Positions 25,801 through 40,900 of a stretch of 64,000 nucleotides of DNA are shown one piece after another. The DNA is from the human T2T-CHM13v2.0 reference genome, Homo sapiens: NCBI RefSeq assembly GCF_009914755.1, contig NC_060935.1. The stretch is one strand, 5' to 3'. Both the position numbers and the translations under genes were made by a program. The notes beneath the pieces were generated by a model. That model was not told where the DNA came from. It was given only the letters and a program-made list of their open reading frames with translations, and did not search any database. Each line of letters opens with the position of its first letter. The stretch's first letter is position 1.

Positions 25801-28800
25801 ACAGAAGCATTCTCAGAATGTTTCCTGTGATGACTGCATTCAACTCACAGAGGTGAACAATTCTGCTGATGGACCAGTTTTGAAACTCTCTTTCTTTGGA
25901 TTCTGCAAGTGGATATGTGGACCTCTGTGAAGATTTCGTTGGAAACGGGTTCATCTTCACAGAAAAACTAAACAGGACCATTCTCAGAAACTGCTTTGTG
26001 ATGTTTGTGTTCCACTTCAGGAATTGAACATTCCTCTTGACAGAGCAGCTCTGAAACCCTCTTTTTCTAGAATCTGCAAGTGCACATTTGGAGGGCTTTG
26101 AGGCCTGTGGTGGAAAAGGAAAATCTTCACATAAAAACTAGATGGAAGCATTCTCAGAAACTACTTTGTGATGATTGCATTCGACTCACAGAGTTGAACA
26201 TTCCTATAGATAGAGCAGGTTGTAAACAATCTTTTTGTAGAATCTGCGATTAGAGATTTGGACTGCTTTGAGGCCTACTGTAGTAAAGGAAATAACTTCA
26301 TCTAAAAACCAAACGGAAGCATTCACAGACAATTCTTAGTGATCATTGGATTGAACTAACAGAGCTGAACATTCCTTTAGATGGCGCAGTTTCCAAACAC
26401 ACTTTCTGTAGAATCTGCCACTGGATATTTGGAACTCTCTGAGGATTTCGTTGGAAACGGGCTAAACTTCCCAGAACTACACGGAAGCATTCTGAGAAAC
26501 TTCTTTGTGATGTTTGCATTCAACTCACAGGGTTGAACCTTGCTTTCATAGTTCAGCTTTCAAACACTCTTTTTGTAGAATCTGCAAGTGGATATTTGGA
26601 CCACTTTGTGGCCTTCCTTCGAAACGGGTATATCTTCACATCAAACCTAGACAGAAGCATTCTCAGAATGTTTCCTGTGATGACTGCATTCAACTCACAG
26701 AGGTGAACAATCCTGCTGATGGAGCAGTTTTGAAACTCTCTTTCTTTGGATTCTGGAAGTGGATATGTGGACCTCTGTGAAGATTTCGTTGGAAACGGTT
26801 TCATCTTCACAGAAAAACTAAACAGGAGCATTCTCAGAAACTGCTTTGTGATGTTTGTGTTCCACTTCAGGAATTGAACTTTCCTCTTGACAGAGCAGCT
26901 CTGAAACCCTCTTTTTCTAGAATCTGCAAGTGGACATTTGGAGGGCTTTGAGGCCTGTGGTGGAAAAGGAAACTCTTCACATAAAAACTAGATGGAAGCA
27001 TTCTCAGAAACTACTTTGCGATGATTGCATTCGACTCACAGAGTTGAACATTCCTATAGATAGAGCAGGTTGTAAACAATCTTTTTGTAGAATCTGCGAT
27101 TGGAGATTTGGACTGCTTTGAGGCCTACTGTAGTAAAGGAAATAACTTCATCTAAAAACCAAACGGAAGCATTCACAGACAATTCTTAGTGATCATTGGA
27201 TTGAACTAACAGAGCTGAACATTCCTTTAGATGGCGCAGTTTCCAAACACACTTTCTGTAGAATCTGCAAGTGGATATTTGGACCTCTCTGAGGATTTCG
27301 TTGGAAACGGGCTAAACTTCCCAGAACTACACGGAAGCATTCTGAGAAACTTCTTTGTGATGTTTGCATTCAACTCACAGAGTTGAAACTTGTTTTCATA
27401 GTTCAGCTTTCAAACACTCTTTTTGTAGAATCTGCAAGTGGATATTTGGACCACTTTGTGGCCTTCCTTCGAAACGGGTATATCTTCACATCAAACCTAG
27501 ACAGAAGCATTCTCAGAATGTTTCCTGTGATGACTGCATTCAACTCACAGAGGTGAACAATCCTGCTGATGGAGCAGTTTTGAAACTCTCTTTCTTTGGA
27601 TTCTGCAAGTGGATATGTGGACCTCTGTGAAGATTTCGTTGGAAACGGGTTTATCTTCACCGAAAAACTAAACAGAAGCATTCTCAGAAACTGCTTTGTG
27701 ATGTTTGTGTTCCACTTCAAGAATTGAACTTTCCTCTTGACAGAGCAGCTCTGAAACCCTCTTTTTCTAGAATCTGCAAGTGGACATTTGGAGGGCTTTT
27801 AGGCCTGTGGTGGAAAAGGAAACTCTTCACATAAAAACTAGATGGAAGCATTCTCAGAAACTACTTTGCGATGATTGCATTCGACTCACAGAGTTGAACA
27901 TTCCTATAGATAGAGCAGGTTGTAAACAATCTTTTTGTAGAATCTGCGATTGGAGATTTGGACTGCTTTGAGGCCTACTGTCGTAAAGGAAATAACTTCA
28001 TCTAAAAACCAAACGGAAGCATTCACAGACAATTCTTAGTGATCATTGGATTGAACTAACAGAGCTGAACATTCCTTTAGATGGAGCAGTTTCCAAACAC
28101 ACTTTCTGTAGAATCTGCAAGTGGATATTTGGACCTCTCTGACGATTTCGTTGGAAAAGGGATAAACTTCCCAGAACTACACAGAAGCATTGTGAGAAAC
28201 CTCTTTGTGATGTTTGCATTCAACTCACAGAGTTGAACCTTGCTTTCATAGTTCAGCTTTCAAACACTCTTTTTGTAGAATCTGCAAGTGGATATTTGGA
28301 CCACTTTGTGGCCTTCCTTCGAAACGGGTATATCTTCACATCAAACCTAGACAGAAGCATTCTCAGAATGTTTCCTGTGATGACTGCATTCAACTCACAG
28401 AGGTGAACAATTCTGCTGATGGACCAGTTTTGAAACTCTCTTTCTTTGGATTCTGCAAGTGGATATGTGGACCTCTGTGAAGATTTCGTTGGAAACGGGT
28501 TCATCTTCACAGAAAAACTAAACAGGAGCATTCTCAGAAACTGCTTTGTGATGTTTGTGTTCCACTTCAGGAATTGAACATTCCTCTTGACAGAGCAGCT
28601 CTGAAACCCTCTTTTTCTAGAATCTGCAAGTGGACATTTGGAGGGCTTTGAGGCCTGTGGTGGAAAAGGAAACTCTTCACATAAAAACTAGATGGAAGCA
28701 TTCTCAGAAACTACTTTGCGATGATTGCATTCGACTCACAGAGTTGAACATTCCTATAGATAGAGCAGGTTGTAAACAATCTTTTTGTAGAATCTGCGAT

Positions 28801-28999
28801 TGGAGATTTGGACTGCTTTGAGGCCTACTGTCGTAAAGGAAATAACTTCATCTAAAAACCAAACGGAAGCATTCACAGACAATTCTTAGTGATCATTGGA
28901 TTGAACTAACAGAGCTGAACATTCCTTTAGATGGAGCAGTTTCCAAACACACTTTCTGTAGAATCTGCAAGTGGATATTTGGACCTCTCTGAGGATTTC

Positions 29000-31900
29000 G
29001 TTGGAAACGGGCTAAACTTCCCAGAACTACACGGAAGCATTCTGAGAAACTTCTTTGTGATGTTTGCATTCAACTCACAGAGTTGAACCTTGCTTTCATA
29101 GTTCAGCTTTCAAACACACTTTTTGTAGAATCTGCAAGTGGATATTTGGACCACTTTGTGGCCTTCCTTCGAAACGGGTATATCTTCACATCAAACCTAG
29201 ACCGAAGCATTCTCAGAATGTTTCCTGCGATGACTGCATTCAACACACAGAGGTTAACAATCCTGCTGATGGAGCAGTTTTGAAACTCTCTTTCTTTGGA
29301 TTCTGCAAGTGGATATGTGGACCTCTGTGAAGATTTCGTTGGAAACGGGTTCATCTTCACAGAAAAACTAAACAGGAGCATTCTCAGAAACTGCTTTGTG
29401 ATGTTTGTTTTCCACTTCAAGAATTGAACTTTCCTTTTGACAGAGCAGCTCTGAAACCCTCTTTTTCTAGAATCTGCAAGTGGACATTTGGAGGCCTTTC
29501 AGGCCTGTGGTGGAAAAGGAAAATCTTCACATAAAAACTAGATGGAAGCATTCTCAGAAACTACTTTGCGATGATTGCATTCGACTCACAGAGTTGAACA
29601 TTCCTATAGATAGAGCAGGTTGTAAACAATCTTTTTGTAGAATCTGCGATTGGAGATTTGGACTGCTTTGAGGCCTACTGTAGTAAAGGAAATAACTTCA
29701 TCTAAAAACCAAACGGAAGCATTCACAGAAAATTCTTAGTGATCATTGGATTGAACTAACAGAGCTGAACATTCCTTTAGATGGAGCAGTTTCCAAACAC
29801 ACTTTCTGTAGAATCTGCAAGTGGATATTTGGACCTCTCTGAGGATTTCGTTGGAAAAGGGATAAACTTCCCAGAACTACACGGAAGCATTCTGAGAAAA
29901 TTCTTTGTGATGTTTGCATTCAACTCACAGAGTTGAAACTTGCTTTCATAGTTCAGCTTTCAAACACTCTTTTTGTAGGATCTGCAAGTGGATATTTGGA
30001 CCACTTTGTGGCCTTCCTTCGAAACGGGTATATCTTCACATCAAACCTAGACAGAAGCATTCTCAGAATGTTTCCTGTGATGACTGCATTCAACTCACAG
30101 AGGTGAACAATCCTGCTGATGGACCAGTTTTGAAACTCTCTTTCTTTGGATTCTGCAAGTGGATATGTGGACCTCTGTGAAGATTTCGTTGGAAACGGGT
30201 TCATCTTCACAGAAAAACTGAACAGGAGCATTCTCAGAAACTGCTTTGTGATGTTTGTGTTCCACTTCAGGAATTGAACTTTCCTCTTGACAGAGCAGCT
30301 CTGAAACCCTCTTTTTCTAGAATCTGCAAGTGGAGATTTGGAGGGCTTTGAGGCCTGTGGTGGAATAGGAAAATCTTCACATAAAAACTAGATGGAAGCA
30401 TTCTCAGAAACTACTTTGTGATGATTGCATTCGACTCACAGAGTTGAACATTCCTATAGATAGAGCAGGTTGTAATCAATCTTTTTGTAGAATCTGCGAT
30501 TGGAGATTTGGACTGCTTTGAGGCCTTCTGTAGTAAAGGAAATAACTTCATCTAAAAACCAAACGGAAGCATTCACAGACAATTCTTAGTGATCATTGGA
30601 TTGAACTAACAGAGCTGAACATTCCTTTAGATGGCGCAGTTTCCAAACACACTTTCTGTAGAATATGCAAGTGGATATTTGGACCTCTCTGAGGATTTCG
30701 TTGGAAACGGGCTAAACTTCCCAGAACTACACGGAAGCATTCTGAGAAACTTCTTTGTGATGTTTGCATTCAACTCACAGAGTTGAACCTTGCTTTCATA
30801 GTTCAGCTTTCAAACACTCTTTTTGTAGAATCTGCAAGTGGATATTTGGACCACTTTGTGGCCTTCCTTCGAAACGGGTATATCTTCACATCAAACCTAG
30901 ACAGAAGCATTCTCAGAATGTTTCCTGTGATGACTGCATTCAACTCACAGAGGTGAACAATCCTGCTGATGGAGCAGTTTTGAAACTCTCTTTCTTTGGA
31001 TTCTGCAAGTGGATATGTGGACCTCTTTGAAGATTTCGTTGGAAACGGGTTTATCTTCACAGAAAAACTAAACAGAAGCATTCTCAGAAACTGCTTTGTG
31101 ATGTTTGTGTTCCACTTCAAGAATTGAACTTTCCTCTTGACAGAGCAGCTCTGAAACCCTCTTTTTCTAGAATCTGCAAGTGGACATTTGGAGGGCTTTT
31201 AGGCCTGTGGTGGAAAAGGAAAATCTTCACATAAAAAGTAGATGGAAGCATTCTCAGAAACTACTTTGCGATGATTGCATTCGACTCACAGAGTTGAACA
31301 TTCCTATAGATAGAGCAGGTTGTAAACAATCTTTTTGTAGAATCTGCGATTGGAGATTTGGACTGCTTTGAGGCCTACTGTAGTAAAGGAAATAACTTCA
31401 TCTAAAAACCAAACGGAAGCATTCACAGAAAATTCTTAGTGATCATTGGATTGAACTAACAGAGCTGAACATTCCTTTAGATGGAGCAGTTTCCAAACAC
31501 ACTTTCTGTAGAATCTGCAAGTGGATATTTGGACCTCTCTGAGGATTTCGTTGGAAAAGGGATAAACTTCCCAGAACTACACGGAAGCATTCTGAGAAAA
31601 TTCTTTGTGATGTTTGCATTCAACTCACAGAGTTGAACCTTGCTTTCATAGTTCAGCTTTCAAACACTCTTTTTGTAGGATCTGCAAGTGGATATTTGGA
31701 CCACTTTGTGGCCTTCCTTCGAAACGGGTATATCTAAACATCAAACCTAGACAGAAGCATTCTCAGAATGTTTCCTGCGATGACTGCATTCAACTCACAG
31801 AGGTGAACAATCCTGCTGATGGACCAGTTTTGAAACTCTCTTTCTTTGGATTCTGCAAGTGGATATGTGGACCTCTGTGAAGATTTCGTTGGAAACGGGT

Positions 31901-34900
31901 TCATCTTCACAGAAAAACTAAACAGGAGCATTCTCAGAAACTGCTTTGTGATGTTTGTGTTCCACTTCAGGAATTGAACTTTCCTCTTGACAGAGCAGCT
32001 CTGAAACCCTCTTTTTCTAGAATCTGCAAGTGGACATTTGGAGGGCTTTGAGGCCTGTGGTGGAAAAGGAAAATCTTCACATAAAAACTAGATGGAAGCA
32101 TTCTCAGAAACTACTTTGTGATGGTTGCATTCGACTCACAGAGTTGAACATTCCTATAGATAGAGCAGGTTGAAAACAATCTTTTTGTGGAATCTGCGAT
32201 TGGAGATTTGGACTGCTTTGAGGCCTACTGTAGTAAAGGAAATAACTTCATCTAAAAACCAAACGGAAGCATTCACAGACAATTCTTAGTGATCATTGGA
32301 TTGAACTAACAGAGCTGAACATTCCCTTAGATGGAGCAGTTTCCAAACACACTTTCTGTAGAATCTGGAAGTGGATATTTGGACCTCTCTGAGGATTTCG
32401 TTGGAAACGGGCTAATCTTCCCAGAACTACACGGAAGCATTCTGAGAAACTTCTTTGTGATGTTTGCATTCAACTCACAGAGTTGAACCTTGCTTTCATA
32501 GTTCAGCTTTCAAACACTCTTTTTGTAGAATCTGCAAGTGGATATTTGGACCACTTTGTGGCCTTCCTTCGAAACGGGTATATCTTCACATCAAACCTAG
32601 ACAGAAGCATTCTCAAAATGTTTCCTGTGATGACTGCATTCAACTCACAGAGGTGAACAATCCTGCTGATGGAGCAGTTTTGAAACTCTCTTTCTTTGGA
32701 TTCTGCAAGTGGATATGTGGACCTCTGTGAAGATTTCGTTGGAAACAGGTTCATCTTCACAGAAAAACTAAACAGGAGCATTCTCAGAAACTGCTTTGTG
32801 ATGTTTGTGTTCCACTTCAGGAATTGAACTTTCCTCTTGACAGAGCTGCTCTGAAACCCTCTTTTTCTAGAATCTGCATGTGGACATTTGGAGGGCTTTG
32901 AGGCCTGTGGTGGAAAAGGAAAATCTTCACATGAAAACTAGATGGAAGCATTCTCAGAAACTACTTTGTGATGATTGCATTCGACTCACAGAGTTGTACA
33001 TTCCTATAGATAGAGCAGGTTGTAAACAATCTTTTTGTAGAATCTGCGATTGGAGATTTGGACTGCTTTGAGGACTACTGTAGTAAAGGAAATAACTTCA
33101 TCTAAAAACCAAACGGAAGCATTCACAGACAATTCTTAGTGATCATTGGTTTGAAATAACTGAGCTGAACATTCCTTTAGATGGCGCAGTTTCCAAACAC
33201 ACTTTCTGTAGAATCTGCAAGTGGATATTTGGACCTCTCTGAGGATTTCGTTGGAAACGAGATAAACTTCTCAGAACTACACGGAAGCATTCTGAGAAAC
33301 TTCTTTGTGATGTTTGCATTCAACTCACAGAGTTGAACCTAGCTTTCATAGTTCAGCTTTGAAACACTCTTTTTGTAGAATCTGCAAGTGGATATTTGGA
33401 CCACTTTGTGGCCTTCCTTCGAAACGGGTATATCTTCACATCAAACCTAGACAGAAGCATTCTCAGAATGTTTCCTGTGATGACTGCATTCAACTCACAG
33501 AGGTGAAAAATCCTGCTGATGGAGCAGTTTTGAAACTCTCTTTCTTTGGATTCTGCAAGTGGATATGTGGACCTCTGTGAAGATTTCGTTGGAAACGGGT
33601 TCATCTTCACAGAAAAACTAAACAGGAGCATTCTCAGAAACTGCTTTGTGATGTTTGTGTTCCACTTCAGGAATTGAACTTTGCTCTTGAGAGAGCAGCT
33701 CTGAATCCCTCTTTTTCTAGAATCTGCAAGTGGACATTTGGAGGGCTTTGAGGCCTGTGGTGGAAAAGGAAACTCTTCACATAAAAACTAGATGGAAGCA
33801 TTCTCAGAAACTACTTTGTGATGATTGCATTCGACTCACAGAGTTGAACATTCCTATAGATAGAGCAGGTTGTAAACAATCTTTTTGTAGAATCTGCGAT
33901 TGGAGATTTGGACTGCTTTGAGGCCTACTGTAGTAAAGGAAATAACTTCATCTAAAAACCAAACGGAAGCATTCACAGACAATTCTTAGTGATCATTGGA
34001 TTGAACTAACAGAGCTGAACATTCCTTTAGATGGAGCAGTTTCCAAACACACTTTCTGTAGAATCTGCAAGTGGATATTTGGACCTCTCTGAGGATTTCG
34101 TTGGAAAAGGGATAAACTTCCCAGAACTACACGGAAGCATTCTGAGAAAATTCTTTGTGATGTTTGCATTCAACTCACAGAGTTGAACCTTGCTTTCATA
34201 GTTCAGCTTTCAAACACTCTTTTTGTAGGATCTGCAAGTGGATATTTGGACCACTTTGTGGCCTTCCTTCGAAACGGGTATATCTAAACATCAAACCTAG
34301 ACAGAAGCATTCTCAGAATGTTTCCTGTGATGACTGCATTCAACTCACAGAGGTGAACAATCCTGCTGATGGAGCAGTTTTGAAACTCTCTTTCTTTGGA
34401 TTCTGCAAGTGGATATGTGGACCTCTGTGAAGATTTCGTTGGAAACGGGTTCATCTTCACAGAAAAACTAAACAGAAGCATTCTCAGAAACTGCTTTGTG
34501 ATGTTTGTGTTCCACTTCAAGAATTGAACTTTCCTCTTGACAGAGCAGCTCTGAAACCCTCTTTTTCTAGAATCTGCAAGTGGACATTTGGAGGGCTTTT
34601 AGGCCTGTGGTGGAAAAGGAAAATCTTCACATAAAAACTAGATGGAAGCATTCTCAGAAACTACTTTGCGATGATTGCATTCGACTCACAGAGTTGAACA
34701 TTCCTATAGATAGAGCAGGTTGTAAACAATCTTTTTGTAGAATCTGCGATTGGAGATTTGGACTGCTTTGAGGCCTACTGTAGTAAAGGAAATAACTTCA
34801 TCTAAAAACCAAACGGAAGCATTCACAGAAAATTCTTAGTGATCATTGGATTGAACTAACAGAGCTGAACATTCCTTTAGATGGAGCAGTTTCCAAACAC

Positions 34901-37900
34901 ACTTTCTGTAGAATCTGCAAGTGGATATTTGGACCTCTCTGAGGATTTCGTTGGAAAAGGGATAAACTTCCCAGAACTACACGGAAGCATTCTGAGAAAA
35001 TTCTTTGTGATGTTTGCATTCAACTCACAGAGTTGAACCCTGCTTTCATAGTTCAGCTTTCAAACACTCTTTTTGTAGGATCTGCAAGTGGATATTTGGA
35101 CCACTTTGTGGCCTTCCTTCCAAACGGGTATATCTAAACATCAAACCTAGACAGAAGCATTCTCAGAATGTTTCCTGTGATGACTGCATTCAACTCACAG
35201 AGGTGAACAATCCTGCTGATGGACCAGTTTTGAAACTCTCTTTCTTTGGATTCTGCAAGTGGATATGTGGACCTCTGTGAAGATTTCGTTGGAAACGGGT
35301 TCATCTTCACAGAAAAACTAAACAGGAGCATTCTCAGAAACTGCTTTGTGATGTTTGTGTTCCACTTCAGGAATTGAACTTTCCTCTTGACAGAGCAGCT
35401 CTGAAACCCTCTTTTTCTAGAATCTGCAAGTGGACATTTGGAGGGCTTTGAGGCCTGTGGTGGAAAAGGAAAATCTTCACATAAAAACTAGATGGAAGCA
35501 TTCTCAGAAACTACTTTGTGATGGTTGCATTCGACTCACAGAGTTGAACATTCCTATAGATAGAGCAGGTTGTAAACAATCTTTTTGTAGAATCTGCGAT
35601 TGGAGATTTGGACTGCTTTGAGGCCTACTGTAGTAAAGGAAATAACTTCATCTAAAAACCAAACGGAAGCATTCACAGACAATTCTTAGTGATCATTGGA
35701 TTGAACTAACAGAGCTGAACATTCCTTTAGATGGAGCAGTTTCCAAACACACTTTCTGTAGAATCTGGAAGTGGATATTTGGACCTCTCTGAGGATTTCG
35801 TTGGAAACGGGCTAATCTTCCCAGAACTACACGGAAGCATTCTGAGAAACTTCTTTGTGATGTTTGCATTCAACTCACAGAGTTGAACCTTGCTTTCATA
35901 GTTCAGCTTTCAAACACTCTTTTGTAGAATCTGCAAGTGGATATTTGGACCACTTTGTGGCCTTCCTTCGAAACGGGTATATCTTCACATCAAACCTAGA
36001 CAGAAGCATTCTCAGAATGTTTCCTGTGATGACTGCATTCAACTCACAGAGGTGAACAATCCTGCTGATGGAGCAGTTTTGAAACTCTCTTTCTTTGGAT
36101 TCTGCAAGTGGATATGTGGACCTCTGTGAAGATTTCGTTGGAAACAGGTTCATCTTCACAGAAAAACTAAACAGGAGCATTCTCAGAAACTGCTTTGTGA
36201 TGTTTGTGTTCCACTTCAGGAATTGAACTTTCCTCTTGGCAGAGCAGCTCTGAAACCCTCTTTTTCTAGAATCTGCATGTGGACATTTGGAGGGCTTTGA
36301 GGCCTGTGGTGGAAAAGGAAAATCTTCACATAAAAACTAGATGGAAGCATTCTCAGAAACTACTTTGTGATGATTGCATTCGACTCACAGAGTTGTACAT
36401 TCCTATAGATAGAGCAGGTTGTAAACAATCTTTTTGTAGAATCTGCGATTGGAGATTTGGACTGCTTTGAGGCCTACTGTAGTAAAGGAAATAACTTCAT
36501 CTAAAAACCAAACGGAAGCATTCACAGACAATTCTTAGTGATCATTGGTTTGAAATAACTGAGCTGAACATTCCTTTAGATGGCGCAGTTTCCAAACACA
36601 CTTTCTGTAGAATCTGCAAGTGGATATTTGGACCTCTCTGAGGATTTCGTTGGAAACGGGATAAACTTCCCAGAACTACACGGAAGCATTCTGAGAATCT
36701 TCTTTGTGATGTTTGCATTCAACTCACAGAGTTGAATCTTGCTTTCATAGTTCAGCTTTGAAACACTCTTTTTGAAGAATCTGCAAGTGGATATTAGGAC
36801 CACTTTGTGGCCTTCCTTCGAAACGGGTATATCTTCACATCAATCCTAGACAGAAGCATTCTCAGAATGTTTCCTGTGATGACTGCATTCAACTCACAGA
36901 GGTGAACAATCCTGCTGATGGAGCAGTTTTGAAACTCTCTTTCTTTGGATTCTGCAAGTGGATATGTGGACCTCTGTGAAGATTTCGTTGGAAACGGGTT
37001 CATCTTCACAGAAAAACTAAACAGGAGCATTCTCAGAAACTGCTTTGTGATGTTTGTGTTCCACTTCAGGAATTGAACTTTCCTCTTGAGAGAGCAGCTC
37101 TGAATCCCTCTTTTTCTAGAATCTGCAAGTGGACATTTGGAGGGCTTTGAGGCCTGTGGTGGAAAAGGAAACTCTTCACATAAAAACTAGATGGAAGCAT
37201 TCTCAGAAACTACTTTGTGATGATTGCATTCGACTCACAGAGGTGAACATTCCTATAGATAGAGCAGGTTGTAAACAATCTTTTTGTAGAATCTGCGATT
37301 GGAGATTTGGACTGCTTTGAGGCCTACTGTAGTCAAGGAAATAACTTCATCTAAAAATCAAACGGAAGCATTCACAGACAATTCTTAGTGATCATTGGAT
37401 TGAACTAACAGAGCTGAACATTCCTTTACATGGCGCAGTTTCCAAACACACTTTCTGTAGAATCTGCAAGTGGATATTTGGACCTCTCTGAGGATTTCGT
37501 TGGAAACGGTCTAAACTTCCCAGAACTACACGGAAGTATTCTGAGAAACTTCTTTGTGATGTTTGCATTCAACTCACAGGGTTGAACCTTGCTTTCATAT
37601 TTCAGCTTTCAAACACTCTTTTTGTAGAATCTGCAAGTGGATATTTGGACCACTTTGTGGCCTTCCTTCGAAACGGGTATATCTTCACATCAAACCTAGA
37701 CAGAAGCATTCTCAGAATGTTTCCTGTGATGACTGCATTCAACTCACAGAGGTGAACAATCCCGCTGATGGAGCAGTTTTGAAACTCTCTTTCTTTGGAT
37801 TCTGCAAGTGGATATGTGGACCTCTGTGAAGATTTCGTTGGAAACGGGTTTATCTTCACAGAAAAACTAAACAGAAGCATTCTCAGAAACTGCTTTGTGA

Positions 37901-40900
37901 TGTTTGTGTTCCACTTCAAGAATTGAACTTTCCTCTTGACAGAGCAGCTCTGAAACCCTCTTTTTCTAGAATCTGCAAGTGGACATTTGGAGGGCTTTTA
38001 GGCCTGTGGTGGAAAAGGAAAATCTTCACATAAAAACTAGATGGAAGCATTCTCAGAAACTACTTTGCGATGATTGCATTCGACTCACAGAGTTGAACAT
38101 TCCTATAGATAGAGCAGGTTGTAAACAATCTTTTTGTAGAATCTGCGATTGGAGATTTGGACTGCTTTGAGGCCTACTGTAGTAAAGGAAATAACTTCAT
38201 CTAAAAACCAAACGGAAGCATTCACAGAAAATTCTTAGTGATCATTGGATTGAACTAACAGAGCTGAACATTCCTTTAGATGGAGCAGTTTCCAAACACA
38301 CTTTCTGTAGAATCTGCAAGTGGATATTTGGACCTCTCTGAGGATTTCGTTGGAAAAGGGATAAACTTCCCAGAACTACACGGAAGCATTCTGAGAAAAT
38401 TCTTTGTGATGTTTGCATTCAACTCACAGAGTTGAACCTTGCTTTTATAGTTCAGCTTTCAAACACTCTTTTTGTAGGATCTGCAAGTGGATATTTCGAC
38501 CACATTGTGGCCTTCCTTCGAAACGGGTATATCTTCACATCAAACCTAGACAGAAGCATTCTCAGAATGTTTCCTGTGATGACTGCATTCAACTCACAGA
38601 GGTGAACAATCCTGCTGATGGAGCAGTTTTGAAACTCTCTTTCTTTGGATTCTGCAAGTGGATATGTGGACCTCTGTGAAGATTTCCTTGGAAACGGGTT
38701 CATCTTCACAGAAAAACTAAGCAGGAGCATTCTCAGAAACTGCTTTGTGATGTTTGTGTTCCACTTCAGGAATTGAACTTTCCTCTTGAAAGAGCAGCTC
38801 TGAAACCCTCTTTTTCTAGAATCTGCAAGTGGACATTTGGAGGGCTTTGAGGCCTGTGGTGGAAAAGGAAACTCTTCACATAAAAACTAGATGGAAGCAT
38901 TCTCAGAAACTACTTTGTGATGATTGCATTCGACTCACAGAGTTGAACATTCCTATAGATAGAGCAGGTTGTAAACAATCTTTTTGTAGAATCTGCGATT
39001 GGAGATTTGGACTGCTTTGAGGCCTACTGTAGTCAAGGAAATAACTTCATCTAAAAACCAAACGGAAGCATTCACAGACAATTCTTAGTGATCATTGGAT
39101 TGAACTAACAGAGCTGAACATTCCTTTAGATGGAGCAGTTTCCAAACACACTTTCTGTAGAATCTGCAAGTGGATATTTGGACCTCTCTGAGGATTTCGT
39201 TGGAAACGGGCTAAACTTCCCAGAACTACACGGAAGCATTCTGAGAAACTTCTTTGTGATGTTTGCATTCAACTCACAGAGTTGAACCTTGCTTTCATAG
39301 TTCAGCTTTCAAACACTCTTTTTGTAGAATCTGCAAGTGGATATTTGGACCACTTTGTGGCCTTCCTTCGAAACGGGTATATCTTCACATCAAACCTAGA
39401 CCGAAGCATTCTCAGAATGTTTCCTGCGATGACTGCATTCAACACACAGAGGTTAACAATCCTGCTGATGGAGCAGTTTTGAAACTCTCTTTCTTTGGAT
39501 TCTGCAAGTGGATATGTGGACCTCTGTGAAGATTTCGTTGGAAACGGGTTCATCTTCACAGAAAAACTAAACAGGAGCATTCTCAGAAACTGCTTTGTGA
39601 TGTTTGTGTTCCACTTCAAGAATTGAACTTTCCTTTTGACAGAGCAGCTCTGAAACCCTCTTTTTCTAGAATCTGCAAGTGGACATTTGGAGGCCTTTCA
39701 GGCCTGTGGTGGAAAAGGAAAATCTTCACATAAAAACTAGATGGAAGCATTCTCAGAAACTACTTTGCGATGATTGCATTCGACTCACAGAGTTGAACAT
39801 TCCTATAGATAGAGCAGGTTGTAAACAATCTTTTTGTAGAATCTGCGATTGGAGATTTGGACTGCTTTGAGGCCTACTGTAGTAAAGGAAATAACTTCAT
39901 CTAAAAACCAAACGGAAGCATTCACAGACAATTCTTAGTGATCATTGGATTGAACTAACAGAGCTGAACATTCCTTTAGATGGAGCAGTTTCCAAACACA
40001 CTTTCTGTAGAATCTGCAAGTGGATATTTGGACCTCTCTGAGGATTTCGTTGGAAAAGGGATAAACTTCCCAGAACTACACGGAAGCATTCTGAGAAAAT
40101 TCTTTGTGATGTTTGCATTCAACTCACAGAGTTGAAACTTGCTTTCATAGTTCAGCTTTCAAACACTCTTTTTGTAGGATCTGCAAGTGGATATTTGGAC
40201 CACTTTGTGGCCTTCCTTCGAAACGGGTATATCTTCACATCAAACCTAGACAGAAGCATTCTCAGAATGTTTCCTGTGATGACTGCATTCAACTCACCGA
40301 GGTGAACAATCCTGCTGATGGACCAGTTTTGAAACTCTCTTTCTTTGGATTCTGCAAGTGGATATGTGGACCTCTGTGAAGATTTCGTTGGAAACGGGTT
40401 CATCTTCACAGAAAAACTAAACAGGAGCATTCTCAGAAACTGCTTTGTGATGTTTGTGTTCCACTTCAGGAATTGAACTTTCCTCTTGACAGAGCAGCTC
40501 TGAAACCCTCTTTTTCTAGAATCTGCAAGTGGAGATTTGGAGGGCTTTGAGGCCTGTGGTGGAATAGGAAAATCTTCACATAAAAACTAGATGGAAGCAT
40601 TCTCAGAAACTACTTTGTGATGATTGCATTCGACTCACAGAGTTGAACATTCCTATAGATAGAGCAGGTTGTAATCAATCTTTTTGTAGAATCTGCGATT
40701 GGAGATTTGGACTGCTTTGAGGCCTTCTGTAGTAAAGGAAATAACTTCATCTAAAAACCAAACGGAAGCATTCACAGACAATTCTTAGTGATCATTGGAT
40801 TGAACTAACAGAGCTGAACATTCCTTTAGATGGCGCAGTTTCCAAACACACTTTCTGTAGAATATGCCAGTGGATATTTGGACCTCTCTGAGGATTTCGT

